From NCBI GenBank assembly GCA_963674865.2, contig CAXXYE010000009.1, positions 896,001-960,000 on the forward strand: 64,000 nucleotides of DNA, written 5' to 3'. The notes under the pieces were generated by a model. That model saw only the letters and a program-made list of their open reading frames with translations, did no database searches and had not been told where the DNA came from. Of the stretch, positions 37,121 through 45,791 are shown one piece after another. The translations under genes and the position numbers were made by a program. Numbering within the stretch: position 1 is the first letter of the stretch; each line of letters opens with the position of its first letter. The stretch is from Candidatus Hydrogenedentota bacterium. Its GTDB lineage: Bacteria > Hydrogenedentota > Hydrogenedentia > Hydrogenedentales > SLHB01.

Positions 37121-37172
37121 GGGACTGTCCCAAGCGGAGTCCGCCGCAGGCGGACGCAGACGGGACTGTCCC
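37121..37172 (+). repeat. REP-like palindromic element, family copy 1
   Basis: GGGACTGTCCCAAGCGGAGTCCGCCGCAGGCGGACGCAGACGGGACTGTCCC; homologous to 60134-60186 (reverse) and 53542-53583. Confidence 0.7.
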
Positions 37173-37238
37173 AGGTCCTTTCGCGGCCTGCGTGCGGCAA
37201 TTCCGGACTTCTTCAACGTCTTCTCTGTCCCCGATCTT

Positions 37239-38849
37239 CTATCTGCAACAAACGCCGGGGACGGGCAAGGTAACGCTGAAGGCGCGATCCTCGTGGCGGC
37301 CGCGGCGTGCGTCGGGGGATGGATCCGCGGGCCAACCGTCGAACTTCTCGAGTTCCGAAGCGGGGCCCTCGAGGCCGGCCGGATCGACGAAGAGGGCCTC
37401 GACGTCGAGGCTCTCTTCGGAAGCATCCTTCATGTAGCCCACGTCAATCGTGGCGCGGCGATAGGATTCGCTCGAAAGCCGCGTGGGATTGTCCATATGG
37501 CTCAGCATTTGGCACTCGACGCGGATGGACTGGCTCTCCTCGATGTAGAACAAGTCGAAGAGGCGGCCTTCCTGGGGCAGATCGATGAGCGAGCCGGTTT
37601 CGATCTCGAGGTAGGGATACAGGCCGCGTATGCGGGTAACCAGGTTCCGGTGCTCGTGGCCGCAGATGTGGGCGATGACGTTCGGCTGGCTCGCGAGGTA
37701 CCAGCGGAAGGCAAAGGTCTTCACGGTTCGCCCGGGAAACTTCTTGTCGAAATGGAAGCTGGGGTGATGGGACACAATGATGACGAACTCGCCGGCTTCG
37801 CGGGCGGCCTTGACCTCGGGCTTGAGGAAGCTGTCGAGCTGCTCACGCGTCATCACACCGTGATCCACGGGGAATCCGGCGGGGGGATCCGGCGCGGCCG
37901 TGTTGAGGACAATGAACCGGACGGGCACGCTCGCCTTCGGGCGGAACGAGTACCGGGCGCGGCCGGTGGCGCGGTTCGCCTCCGTAAAGCCGTGGCCGGG
38001 CGGCTGGGTGGTCGTGCTGAAATGCTCCTCGATGAATTGCGACGTCGATATGAAATGCCTGTCTTCGTCCGCGGTGATGGTGCCCGCTTCGAGGTCGACG
38101 ATCGGGAGTTGGAGCGTCTCGGGATCCATAATCTCCTCGCTCCCGAGGATAATGGCGGGACTCTGGCTGGCGGTCGGAGTCAGCGCGTCCATGGGCGGGA
38201 CGCAGCGGTTCAGGCCGATGAACGCCGCGACGGCCGCGAGTTGCGGTGAAGCCCATTCGGTGGGATCGGCGGCCGTGCGATCGATAGAGAAGTTGCCGAC
38301 GGCCAAATCGTCGTGATTGCCGACGGCGGTGTACCACGGGACGTCTTTGGCTAGGCCCTCGGCCTGGAAACCGAGCTTCGGATTGTCCTCCGGTGGGAGG
38401 TCGCGGAGGGCGCCATCCGCGTCGCCGGAGTCGGGGTGAATCCATTGGCCGTCCATCGTGTCGATGAACCAGCGGAGTTCGTTGTACTGCGCGTTGTCGG
38501 TAACATCGCCGCTCACGACAACGCAGTCGAGCGGCCTGCCGTCCTTCGCGCCGTCCGAGTGGATATCGTTCAAGACGCCGAGCGTGGCGTCGAGCACCTG
38601 CATAGCGTAGGCCTCCTGCGGCCGCCACGCGCTCGAGAAATGGCGGTCGAGACGCACCGTCCGCGCGGGAGATTCCTCATCGACGGCGTGCGCGTCGGTA
38701 AGGTGGGCGAAGCGAAGCAGATGGACGCCCTCCCCGTCGGCCTGCGGCGAGAGATCCGGCGCTTGCGGACATCCCGCCAAGGCGGCGACAACGAGAGACA
38801 ACGCGCAACGCGTAGGAACGGAAGTGAGACGTTTGGCGTAACGGCCCAT
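37239..38849 (-). CDS. Calcineurin-like metallophosphoesterase lipoprotein
   Basis: LAGC lipobox; DAH..DEESP, GDVTDN, GNHD, SHH and GHEH metal-binding motifs. Confidence 0.88.
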   Translation of the reverse strand: MGRYAKRLTSVPTRCALSLVVAALAGCPQAPDLSPQADGEGVHLLRFAHLTDAHAVDEESPARTVRLDRHFSSAWRPQEAYAMQVLDATLGVLNDIHSDGAKDGRPLDCVVVSGDVTDNAQYNELRWFIDTMDGQWIHPDSGDADGALRDLPPEDNPKLGFQAEGLAKDVPWYTAVGNHDDLAVGNFSIDRTAADPTEWASPQLAAVAAFIGLNRCVPPMDALTPTASQSPAIILGSEEIMDPETLQLPIVDLEAGTITADEDRHFISTSQFIEEHFSTTTQPPGHGFTEANRATGRARYSFRPKASVPVRFIVLNTAAPDPPAGFPVDHGVMTREQLDSFLKPEVKAAREAGEFVIIVSHHPSFHFDKKFPGRTVKTFAFRWYLASQPNVIAHICGHEHRNLVTRIRGLYPYLEIETGSLIDLPQEGRLFDLFYIEESQSIRVECQMLSHMDNPTRLSSESYRRATIDVGYMKDASEESLDVEALFVDPAGLEGPASELEKFDGWPADPSPDARRGRHEDRAFSVTLPVPGVCCR

Positions 38850-39066
38850 GGCTTGTTACCTTTCCTGTTCGTGTCGTAACGCCGGAGTCTTCGGCGCAGG
38901 CGCTGTCTGGTGTTTTTGCTTTCTGTGCAAGCCACCAGGGGCTTATGCGACTATCCGGGCGCTTACTTCCTAAACAAGTTATTCTGAAGACGATATTTCT
39001 GTGTCCTTCTCGGCTAAGTGCGGACGGCGGCCGCAGCGGTAAGGCACCCGTTTCCCGTGGCTAGGG

Positions 39067-39116
39067 GCGTAACGCCTAGCACCAGCGGCACCGTCCGCTG
39101 CATGGTGCTATTGGGC
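39067..39116 (-). mobile_element. Degenerate integron attC-like site downstream of the RT gene
   Basis: Minus strand GCCCAAT-AGCAC-CATGCAGC-GGACGGTGCC-GCTGGTG-CTAGGC-GTTACGC: canonical R''/5/L''/L'/6/R' spacing with one extra base in L''; R'' AAC changed to AAT; short (50 bp). Confidence 0.6.
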
Positions 39117-39138
39117 GTCGTCCTTTCGGGATATTCCA

Positions 39139-41238
39139 TTATGGCATCAGTGCTACGAGGTCCGAATAGGCGGTGCGCAGCCGGGCAATAAATCGGTTTC
39201 TCTCCTGTGCCTTCAGATGTCGAGACTGAGCTGAGGTCTTCTTCTCATACGGGTGTGACACCGGGAGAAGGTTGCGGCGCGTGTTCAAGTCGCGAAAGCA
39301 GTCGCCGATGGTCGGACAGCTTCTTGAGAATGGCCCACTCGCGTCCAGCGTCACACCGAAGTCGACAAGGTGGCCGTTCTTGTCGATGGTGGTGCAGGAC
39401 CCGGAGTGGCCAGTCGCTGCCAAGTGCCGTTGCAGAGCCAGGAACACGGCCTGGTTGAACGAGTTCTGACACGCCAGCCAGAATGACGGCCCGCCGGAAA
39501 ACGCTGCTTCAGCCTGCTTCAAGAGGCCCAAAGCATGAACGTATTCGGCACCTAAGAGAGCGTGCCAAGACTTACCTCGAGTGACGCCGTACCGGGATTC
39601 CAGAATCTCGGCAATGGGATCGACCCTCGGCCCCGGGGCGGAGATGACGCCCAGTTCGCGGAGTGTGTTGGCGACTTGGGAAGGAAGCTGTCGGGGCAAT
39701 AGTCCAAGCGTCGATGGCGTTAAACCTCGCTTGTGAAGCGCGGAGCAGGCCGCAAGCCCCGGTTCGGGCGCACTGCGCCCCAAGAACGTCTCTACGACCT
39801 CCCCCTTGGCAAAGGCGCCGTCCGGAAGGACGGGAGCCAGAAGTGATTGGAGTAGCGGCGCCTGATACTTCAGCCAACGGCTCTGATGGACAGAAGTCAG
39901 CTGTTCCGAGACACACAGAAAGTGGCAGGCCCCCCATCGTTCGACGAAGTTTTCCTGGGAGCTGTCCTTCGCTATGTTCACCGCGTGGTCCGTCAACGCG
40001 CACGGATGGGTGGCGGTTATCGAGCGTGACTCGTAACTGTACTTTGCCAGCACGTGCCACGCCTCCCCGCGAACGTACGGGTATGGGTTTTTCAGAACCA
40101 GGTGAAGGCAGAGCCGCTCGATGGGCTTTCGGTACGCGAAGCGGCCAAGATAGGCAAAGAACGCATCTGCATGCTCGGGGTGGCGGGGAATCAGCCGCAG
40201 CACCAGGTTTAGCAGGTCCCCGGCTGGCTCGGCGCGGTAGAGCACGAACCGCAGTCTCGTCTTGTCAGTTACTCGGTACGGTCTTCCGCCGATTGCGGAG
40301 CGGAACGCCGAGAGAGCTTGCTTCTTACTGATCTTTTCGCTTCCGGCCCCCTCGTGCTGTGGGTCTGAGATGCTGGGTAGCATGCCCATCGCTTCCTGCA
40401 CGTTCTGAGCACGCTTGATGGCGAACTTGCCGGCCTGTGGGATGAGGCCCCGCTCCCGACAGTGACGTTCAAGTTCTATCAGATTGGCTCGGACTTCGTC
40501 TTCGGTAGCGCCGAATAGCCGGAAGTCATCAACATACCGCGTATACCCGCGGCTATTCTGTAGCGCGAGGTCGATTGGCAGCAGGAAGCACTCGGCTAGG
40601 AAATCTGATGCCAGCGGCCCTTGCGGCAGGCCATGGCCGTGGCCAGATGCGTCCCGATTGGAACTCCACGTCTTCAGACACTTCGCGATCCAGTCTAGGT
40701 CAGCGTTGGTTGTCCGCGGGTAGATGGTTCGCAACAGCAACTCGTGCGAAACCGTGTCGTAGAAAGCTGCGAGGTCAAAGTCGCCCACCCACTGCAAACC
40801 GCCCGCATAGTGCTTCTTGATTCTTCGCTGAAAGGCACTGTACGTGTCTTGCCATCGCCGAAAAAAGAAGATACTTTCGCGCCTCTCAAGAATGTTGCTG
40901 AAGACCACGCTGAACTGGAGCGGGGCGCGCTTCTTCTGCAACCTCTTTGCCGCGAGGTTGGCAAATGCCTGGAGAACGATCTGGTCCTCGATACTCAGCA
41001 GCGCCAGTGGCCGATGGAGTCCCGATGCCTTGGGCGCGTAGATGCGCTCGGGATGTCGCGCCTCGAAGCTACCGCCACGCAGACGGTGCCGCAGGTCCTT
41101 GAGATTCTGCTCAAGTGCTACCTCGTAGGCGTAGTAGACGGGACGATAGAGTCGCTTGTATTGGTAGTTGCCGCCGGTTGTAATCCGTCGCCAGGCCAGC
41201 TCAAGGTTGTTCATGCTTGCTAGCTGGTTGATTTTCAT
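39139..41238 (-). CDS. Reverse transcriptase, UG/Abi-like, with helical C-terminal region and HEPN-like motif; putative antiphage defence RT
   Basis: PKASGLHRP, DFDLAAFYDTVSH, GLPQGPLASDFLA, RYVDDFRLF and GLIPQAGK RT motifs; about 400-aa Leu/Ala-rich extension ending in RRNLLPVSHPY. Confidence 0.9.
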   Translation of the reverse strand: MKINQLASMNNLELAWRRITTGGNYQYKRLYRPVYYAYEVALEQNLKDLRHRLRGGSFEARHPERIYAPKASGLHRPLALLSIEDQIVLQAFANLAAKRLQKKRAPLQFSVVFSNILERRESIFFFRRWQDTYSAFQRRIKKHYAGGLQWVGDFDLAAFYDTVSHELLLRTIYPRTTNADLDWIAKCLKTWSSNRDASGHGHGLPQGPLASDFLAECFLLPIDLALQNSRGYTRYVDDFRLFGATEDEVRANLIELERHCRERGLIPQAGKFAIKRAQNVQEAMGMLPSISDPQHEGAGSEKISKKQALSAFRSAIGGRPYRVTDKTRLRFVLYRAEPAGDLLNLVLRLIPRHPEHADAFFAYLGRFAYRKPIERLCLHLVLKNPYPYVRGEAWHVLAKYSYESRSITATHPCALTDHAVNIAKDSSQENFVERWGACHFLCVSEQLTSVHQSRWLKYQAPLLQSLLAPVLPDGAFAKGEVVETFLGRSAPEPGLAACSALHKRGLTPSTLGLLPRQLPSQVANTLRELGVISAPGPRVDPIAEILESRYGVTRGKSWHALLGAEYVHALGLLKQAEAAFSGGPSFWLACQNSFNQAVFLALQRHLAATGHSGSCTTIDKNGHLVDFGVTLDASGPFSRSCPTIGDCFRDLNTRRNLLPVSHPYEKKTSAQSRHLKAQERNRFIARLRTAYSDLVALMP

Positions 41239-41571
41239 TTGCTCAATGCAACCCTTCTTTCGGGCATATGCAGTGCGTTGCGCCGTATTTACCTAACAAC
41301 GACTGGAGGGCTCCCGCACAATGCCTTTGGGCCGCGCGATCGAGGAGGAAGAGGCTCCGGCAACGCTGGCGCAAGGCGGATACTCGCGTTGCACTAGGTC
41401 ACTCTTTCGCAGCGGACGCAGGGGAATGCACGATCTCTGCATAGCATACCTCATTTTCCCCTCTACAAATCGCCTGCAGGGCTCCTAACGCCCTTGCCGC
41501 CCCAATTCTCCACTAAGTGGCTTGCGAACGAGTCGGGAAACGGTTCTAGTGCGGCGATGACCCTATCGACT

Positions 41572-42492
41572 CTATTCCTCAAGCTGACGTATCGCAAATT
41601 CACATATCTCATCCATTGCTCTCTTGGCCTCTGGGAACAACGGCGCTAGCAGTGGAAAGGCATGGATCATCTTAGGCCACTTGCTGAGTGTTACGTCCAC
41701 GCCGTGTTCCCTGGCCCGATTGGCCACGTTGACGCAGTCATCCAGATGGATTTCGTGAGTTCCGACGCATAGGAAGAGCGGCGGGAGCCCCTCGTAGTTG
41801 CCCATCAGCGGCGATAACAACGGCGACGTCGGATCATTATCTCCTATGTAGTGCCTTGTCCAGATATGCCAAGAGCCCATGGGCGCGATGTCGTTCCCAG
41901 CATTGGTCTTAAACGACTCTGCCAAGCATCGCAAGTCCGTCACGGGAGAAATGGAGAATGCCGCCTTGGGCAGGCTGAGGCCTCTTTCTTTCAGGGCGAG
42001 CAGCAATGACAGCGTCAGTGTGCCGCCGGCGGATTCGCCGCCAACCACGATGTCATTGTTGTCATAGCCTTGCTTCAACAGCCATTCATACACATCGACG
42101 CAATCCTCGAGTGCGGCGGGAAATGGGTGTTCCGGAGCCAGCCTGTAGTCAAATACCAGCGACTTCAGCCGTGCCTTCTTCGCGAACTTGGCAACGTGCA
42201 TGCGGTGTGTATGGCAGGAGCCGGAAATGAAGCCGCCCCCGTGGATGTACAACAGGGCCTTACCTTCCAGCGGCTGCTCCGGCGTTATCCACTCTGCCTG
42301 AATATCGCCGATTCGTATTCTCTCTACGCCGACATCCTTCGGCATCTCTATCTTGGCTGTAGCTCGATCGACATCCGCTCTGAACTTGGCGACAGAGAAA
42401 CTGTCATCAACCACTTCGGCCTTCAGCCTCATCTTGAGCAGATGCCGGTTCCTTATCAGCCAGATGACTAGTTTGCTTCTAATACTTTGCAT
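41572..42492 (-). CDS. Alpha/beta hydrolase (HSL-family esterase)
   Basis: HGGGF, DYRLAPEHPFPAALED, GESAGG, HAF motifs. Confidence 0.92.
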   Translation of the reverse strand: MQSIRSKLVIWLIRNRHLLKMRLKAEVVDDSFSVAKFRADVDRATAKIEMPKDVGVERIRIGDIQAEWITPEQPLEGKALLYIHGGGFISGSCHTHRMHVAKFAKKARLKSLVFDYRLAPEHPFPAALEDCVDVYEWLLKQGYDNNDIVVGGESAGGTLTLSLLLALKERGLSLPKAAFSISPVTDLRCLAESFKTNAGNDIAPMGSWHIWTRHYIGDNDPTSPLLSPLMGNYEGLPPLFLCVGTHEIHLDDCVNVANRAREHGVDVTLSKWPKMIHAFPLLAPLFPEAKRAMDEICEFAIRQLEE

Positions 42493-42586
42493 ATGCGGTA
42501 CGCCTTTGGCGTGCCTCCGGTGGGGCATACTACTCCTTCGTCGCCTTTCGGCTGATGCTTCGGCGCCGGCACCTACGGCACGGGAC

Positions 42587-42850
42587 TCACGGCTGGATGA
42601 CTGTCGATGATGGATGGGCGCTCGAAGCTGAACCGCCCAAGGCACCGGAGGCTCCGAGGACAAAGCCGAAATCGTACCAGCGGCCGCTGTTGTTCTTTTC
42701 GTATATGCGCACATTCGCGTTGAAGAGGCTGACAATGAATGTGATCGGGAGAATCAGCCCATGCCAAAGTCCCGCGAGAAATCCCGCGGGTGCGGCGCCC
42801 GGCTGCTGGTATTTTGAGTTTGGGCCTGCGACGGATAGCGCATTGGCCAT
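42587..42850 (-). CDS. Small conserved-looking membrane protein
   Basis: AAGGAG RBS; AGFLAGLWHG..IYE..N.G.WYDFGFVLG pattern. Confidence 0.7.
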   Translation of the reverse strand: MANALSVAGPNSKYQQPGAAPAGFLAGLWHGLILPITFIVSLFNANVRIYEKNNSGRWYDFGFVLGASGALGGSASSAHPSSTVIQP

Positions 42851-42944
42851 GCCGTTGTTTCTCCTTCCATCAATGATTCTTCACTCGGGAACACCTAAGC
42901 TCGCCGAGCCCGCAAAGCCGTGTCAGATGGTGTGAGCGGCGCGC

Positions 42945-43157
42945 TCAATTATCAAGAGCATCGATGCGATTTCGTATGATAAGTGCTATTGAGATAATGG
43001 CAAGTGCCGCCATGGCCTCGAAGCGATGGCCGCCGAAATAGTCGGCCGCCAATGCAATTGCGCCCAGAATGAGGCAAATAAGCGGGAATAGCCGTCTTCC
43101 GTAAGAGAATGACATCCATAAGCCGACAATCCACACCGCAAGTGGAATGAAGTGCAT
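42945..43157 (-). CDS. Small hypothetical membrane protein (about 3 TM segments)
   Basis: 70-aa hydrophobic ORF with a GGGGA RBS, co-oriented with its neighbours. Confidence 0.55.
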   Translation of the reverse strand: MHFIPLAVWIVGLWMSFSYGRRLFPLICLILGAIALAADYFGGHRFEAMAALAIISIALIIRNRIDALDN

Positions 43158-43178
43158 AGCGTTATGTCCCCATAAGGC

Positions 43179-43228
43179 CCGGTACTCGGCGCATCAGCGG
43201 CTTGGGGCCGCTGGATAACGCCTTGGAT
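43179..43228 (-). mobile_element. Degenerate attC-like site after the GNAT gene
   Basis: Minus strand ATCCAAG-GCGT-TATCCAGC-GGCCCCAAGCC-GCTGATG-CGCCGA-GTACCGG; L boxes pair with an extra C; both R boxes mutated. Confidence 0.45.
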
Positions 43229-43239
43229 AACCACCCATG

Positions 43240-43926
43240 CTACGCGGAAGTGAGATCCTTTACAAAAACGTGCTCCACAACCATTTGCCAGCGCGAGCCG
43301 TCGTGAAGCCGCCAGCGGAATGTACCTATCTCTGTCAGTCCGGTCTTTCGATAGAAGGCGACTCCTTTGTCATGATAGGACGAAGCATAGAGGTGAAAGC
43401 CGGGCACCTGACGATTCTGCAGATAGGCGGTGTAGGCTGTCATCAGGGCCGTTCCAACGCCTCGCCGCTGCCACTCGGGCGCGACACCCATGTGGAGATG
43501 CGCCGGGAAGCGCTGCAGAGCGACCTCCGGGCGCGGGTCTATGGGCGCTGCCCGATCTGTCCGGACGATGGGCAGTAGCCACGTGGGAACACCGTACGCC
43601 CCGGACAGCAACTTCCTTCGGCGGAGTCTTCGGATGTGCGTGGCCTCGCGTCTTTCTGCAACGGTGGTGTCGACAGCGCCGAACAAATTGCCGATGATCT
43701 TCTTGTTCTCCTCGGCCACGAAGCAGCTTTCCGGTTCCAGGTCGTAGTAGTGGGACAAGCCATCGGCAAAGTACGCCTTCATGCGCGGATGGCCGCGCAC
43801 GAGTCCGGCGTGCAATCCGAACTCATCCGGCTCCGCGCCGAGCAAACGAGCGCGAAGGGCGGGCCGATCAGAGCGCTCGTATGGGCGCACCGCAAAAGCC
43901 CTGTTCCCCACATCAGTGACGGCCAT
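43240..43926 (-). CDS. GNAT-family N-acetyltransferase
   Basis: FPAHLHMGVAPEWQRRGVGTALM (QxxGxG acetyl-CoA motif), AFYRKTG. Confidence 0.88.
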   Translation of the reverse strand: MAVTDVGNRAFAVRPYERSDRPALRARLLGAEPDEFGLHAGLVRGHPRMKAYFADGLSHYYDLEPESCFVAEENKKIIGNLFGAVDTTVAERREATHIRRLRRRKLLSGAYGVPTWLLPIVRTDRAAPIDPRPEVALQRFPAHLHMGVAPEWQRRGVGTALMTAYTAYLQNRQVPGFHLYASSYHDKGVAFYRKTGLTEIGTFRWRLHDGSRWQMVVEHVFVKDLTSA

Positions 43927-43946
43927 CCGTCAGTCCCGCCCTCTTG

Positions 43947-44003
43947 CTCCAACACCACCCATCAGGCGCGGCTATTGGACACTGCATGAATGGAGCGTTA
44001 GCC
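43947..44003 (-). mobile_element. attC-like site (duplicated copy)
   Basis: Identical to 45662-45718. Confidence 0.55.
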
Positions 44004-44004
44004 G

Positions 44005-44076
44005 CTACACGTTGCGTAGGCGATGTCCGACTTCTTTCAGAGTCTCTACGTCTTCGGGATGTATGGAGCCATCCGG
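44005..44076 (-). pseudogene. Duplicated 3' fragment of the alpha-L-fucosidase gene
   Basis: Encodes PDGSIHPEDVETLKEVGHRLRNV, versus ...RLRSV at the end of 45720-46817. Confidence 0.85.
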
Positions 44077-44316
44077 TGGGCTGTTCCCTTGCGGCACGAG
44101 GCCGTTTAGAGGGCATGGCCGAAGCAACGTGACGCACGGCGGCTGCCCGGACGCCCTCCTTCTGAAATACCCGTTCGGAAGATGGTATGTTCTGTGGCCT
44201 CTTCGTGCAAGCGAGGTAGGTGTTTGGTGCGGCAGCGATTCCATTTCCCATTGCCGGTGTTGCCATCACGGGCCGAAACAGAGCGCAGTGCCGCCTCTGC
44301 CCAGAGGATGGGAGGT

Positions 44317-45159
44317 CTAGTCAACGGCGAGGCCCTCTTGGGGAATAACTTCTATCACGGCCTCGTCATTTGTGAACATGTCCTTGCGGTTCCACCAAAC
44401 GACGTGGGCTGCAACAACCATCAGCAGGTATGTGTCGTAGGGCTGCGCGTCCGGGAAGATCGGGTTCATGAGCGAGAAGTGGAAGAAGGCCGACAACAGG
44501 ATGCTGCCGCCCGATTTGTTGAACAGCGCAGCTGCAATAACGCTTATCGCCAAGCACCCAGCGAAGAACGCAATGAACGACCACTCGCTCTGCTGGGTTC
44601 CGCTCAACAGGAAGGCCGGCAGGTGCCATAGCCCCCATATGACGCCAAGCATCAGCCCGGCCCAGATGGGAGCAAACTTCCTTTGGAGAAGGGGGAGTGC
44701 GAGGCCGCGCCAGCCGAACTCCTCGACCGGGCCCTTGATTGCGGCCAAGGCCAACGCTATGAGCAGAGCCCGACAAGACGCAAATGGAAACGGTTCCGTG
44801 AGCAAGTTTCCTCTGATCGCGGAACCGCCAATGAAGATCAATGGAATACCGACGATGATAAAGGCATACCAGAGCAAGCTGCAGCGCCAGAGCAATGCGC
44901 GCCCTAGGAAGCGCCGCAGGCCCGCGAGGCCACCGTCGCGGACAACAAGAGTGAACGCCGCGATTGCGGGCGCGTAGACGGCGAGGAAGAAGAGCGGATG
45001 GTTGCCGGTGAGTTGGCCAAACAACGTTCCCATGGCTCTTGGAAGAAAGATGTACAATCCAAGGATTCCCCAGGCCAAGCCGAACGAAATGCAGAAAAAC
45101 GGAAGCAATGAACGTAAAGGAACGCTGCATTCATCACGCAATGACGTGGTTGCGGGCAT
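44317..45159 (-). CDS. CPBP (CAAX protease/Abi-family) intramembrane metalloprotease
   Basis: EEFGWRG, WGLWHLP, H...N motifs; multiple TM segments. Confidence 0.9.
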   Translation of the reverse strand: MPATTSLRDECSVPLRSLLPFFCISFGLAWGILGLYIFLPRAMGTLFGQLTGNHPLFFLAVYAPAIAAFTLVVRDGGLAGLRRFLGRALLWRCSLLWYAFIIVGIPLIFIGGSAIRGNLLTEPFPFASCRALLIALALAAIKGPVEEFGWRGLALPLLQRKFAPIWAGLMLGVIWGLWHLPAFLLSGTQQSEWSFIAFFAGCLAISVIAAALFNKSGGSILLSAFFHFSLMNPIFPDAQPYDTYLLMVVAAHVVWWNRKDMFTNDEAVIEVIPQEGLAVD

Positions 45160-45335
45160 GTTCTTTATCCTTGTCTAGAGGTCTCCGAAAACCAACCGTG
45201 AACGACATGCTGTTCCCAAAGATGGCTGTCTGGAGCGGGCCTCTCGGGTCGCCGGTCGACAGGATGTGCGCAAGCCAGCTTGGATATCAGCTCAGCCGTG
45301 GGTTCTTTCAGTGCTTTGGGGGATCTCACCAAGCG

Positions 45336-45641
45336 CTATCCTAATGTTCTCAACGAGACTTCGCATCTTTCCATAACGGTGGTGTCCACAGCGCCAAACA
45401 AGTTGCCGATGATCCTGTCGTTCGCGTCAGCCACGAAGGAGCTTTCCGGTTCAAGGTCGTAGTAGTGCGAGAAGCCATCGGCGAAGAACACCTTTATGCG
45501 CGGATGGCGGCGCACGAGTCCGGCGTGTAATCCGAACTCATCCGGCTCCGCGCCGAGCAAACGAGCGCGAAGGGCGGGCCGATCAGAGCGCTCGTATGGG
45601 CGCACCGCAAAAGCCCTGTTCCCCACATCAGTGACGGCCAT
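45336..45641 (-). pseudogene. Truncated GNAT acetyltransferase paralog
   Basis: First ~90 codons homologous to 43240-43926, then an early stop; lacks the acetyl-CoA motif. Confidence 0.82.
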
Positions 45642-45791
45642 CCGTCAGTCCCGCCCTCTTGCTCCAACACCACCCATCAGGCGCGGCTATTGGACACTGC
45701 ATGAATGGAGCGTTAGCCGCTACACGCTGCGTAGGCGATGTCCGACTTCTTTCAGAGTCTCTACGTCTTCGGGATGTATGGAGCCATCCGG
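45355..45791. repeat. Direct repeat copy B
   Basis: Partner of 43640-44076. Confidence 0.9.
45662..45718 (-). mobile_element. attC-like site immediately after the fucosidase stop
   Basis: Minus strand GGCTAAC...CATGCAG...CTGATG-GGTGGT-GTTGGAG; 57 bp; begins 1 nt after the TAG. Confidence 0.55.

Larger units (their letters stand above)
43640..44076. repeat. Direct repeat copy A (GNAT 5' half, attC-like site and fucosidase 3' end)
   Basis: Matches about 45355-45791 at offset 1715; nearly identical over 43780-44076 and more diverged below that. Confidence 0.9.

Noticed and set aside
6309..41238. Diversity-generating retroelement (RT plus FGE/C-type-lectin-fold target)
   Set aside because: No template-repeat copy of the FGE C-terminal region with adenine-specific mismatches was seen, there is no avd-like gene, the RT is too long with non-DGR architecture, and it lies 32 kb away
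38850..41571. Group II intron or retron
   Set aside because: No domain V/VI-like 3' end or GTGCG 5' boundary at a plausible distance, no YADD/maturase features, no VTG motif and no convincing a1/a2 inverted repeats
42880..42944. Additional attC between the two small membrane-protein genes
   Set aside because: Only a weak L'/R'-like end (GCGAGCT-TAGGT-GTTCCCG) with no matching R''/L''; too degenerate to call
44317..45159. CPBP/Abi protease as part of the RT defence system
   Set aside because: The Abi label of this family does not by itself imply phage defence, and the gene is separated from the RT by several independent cassettes
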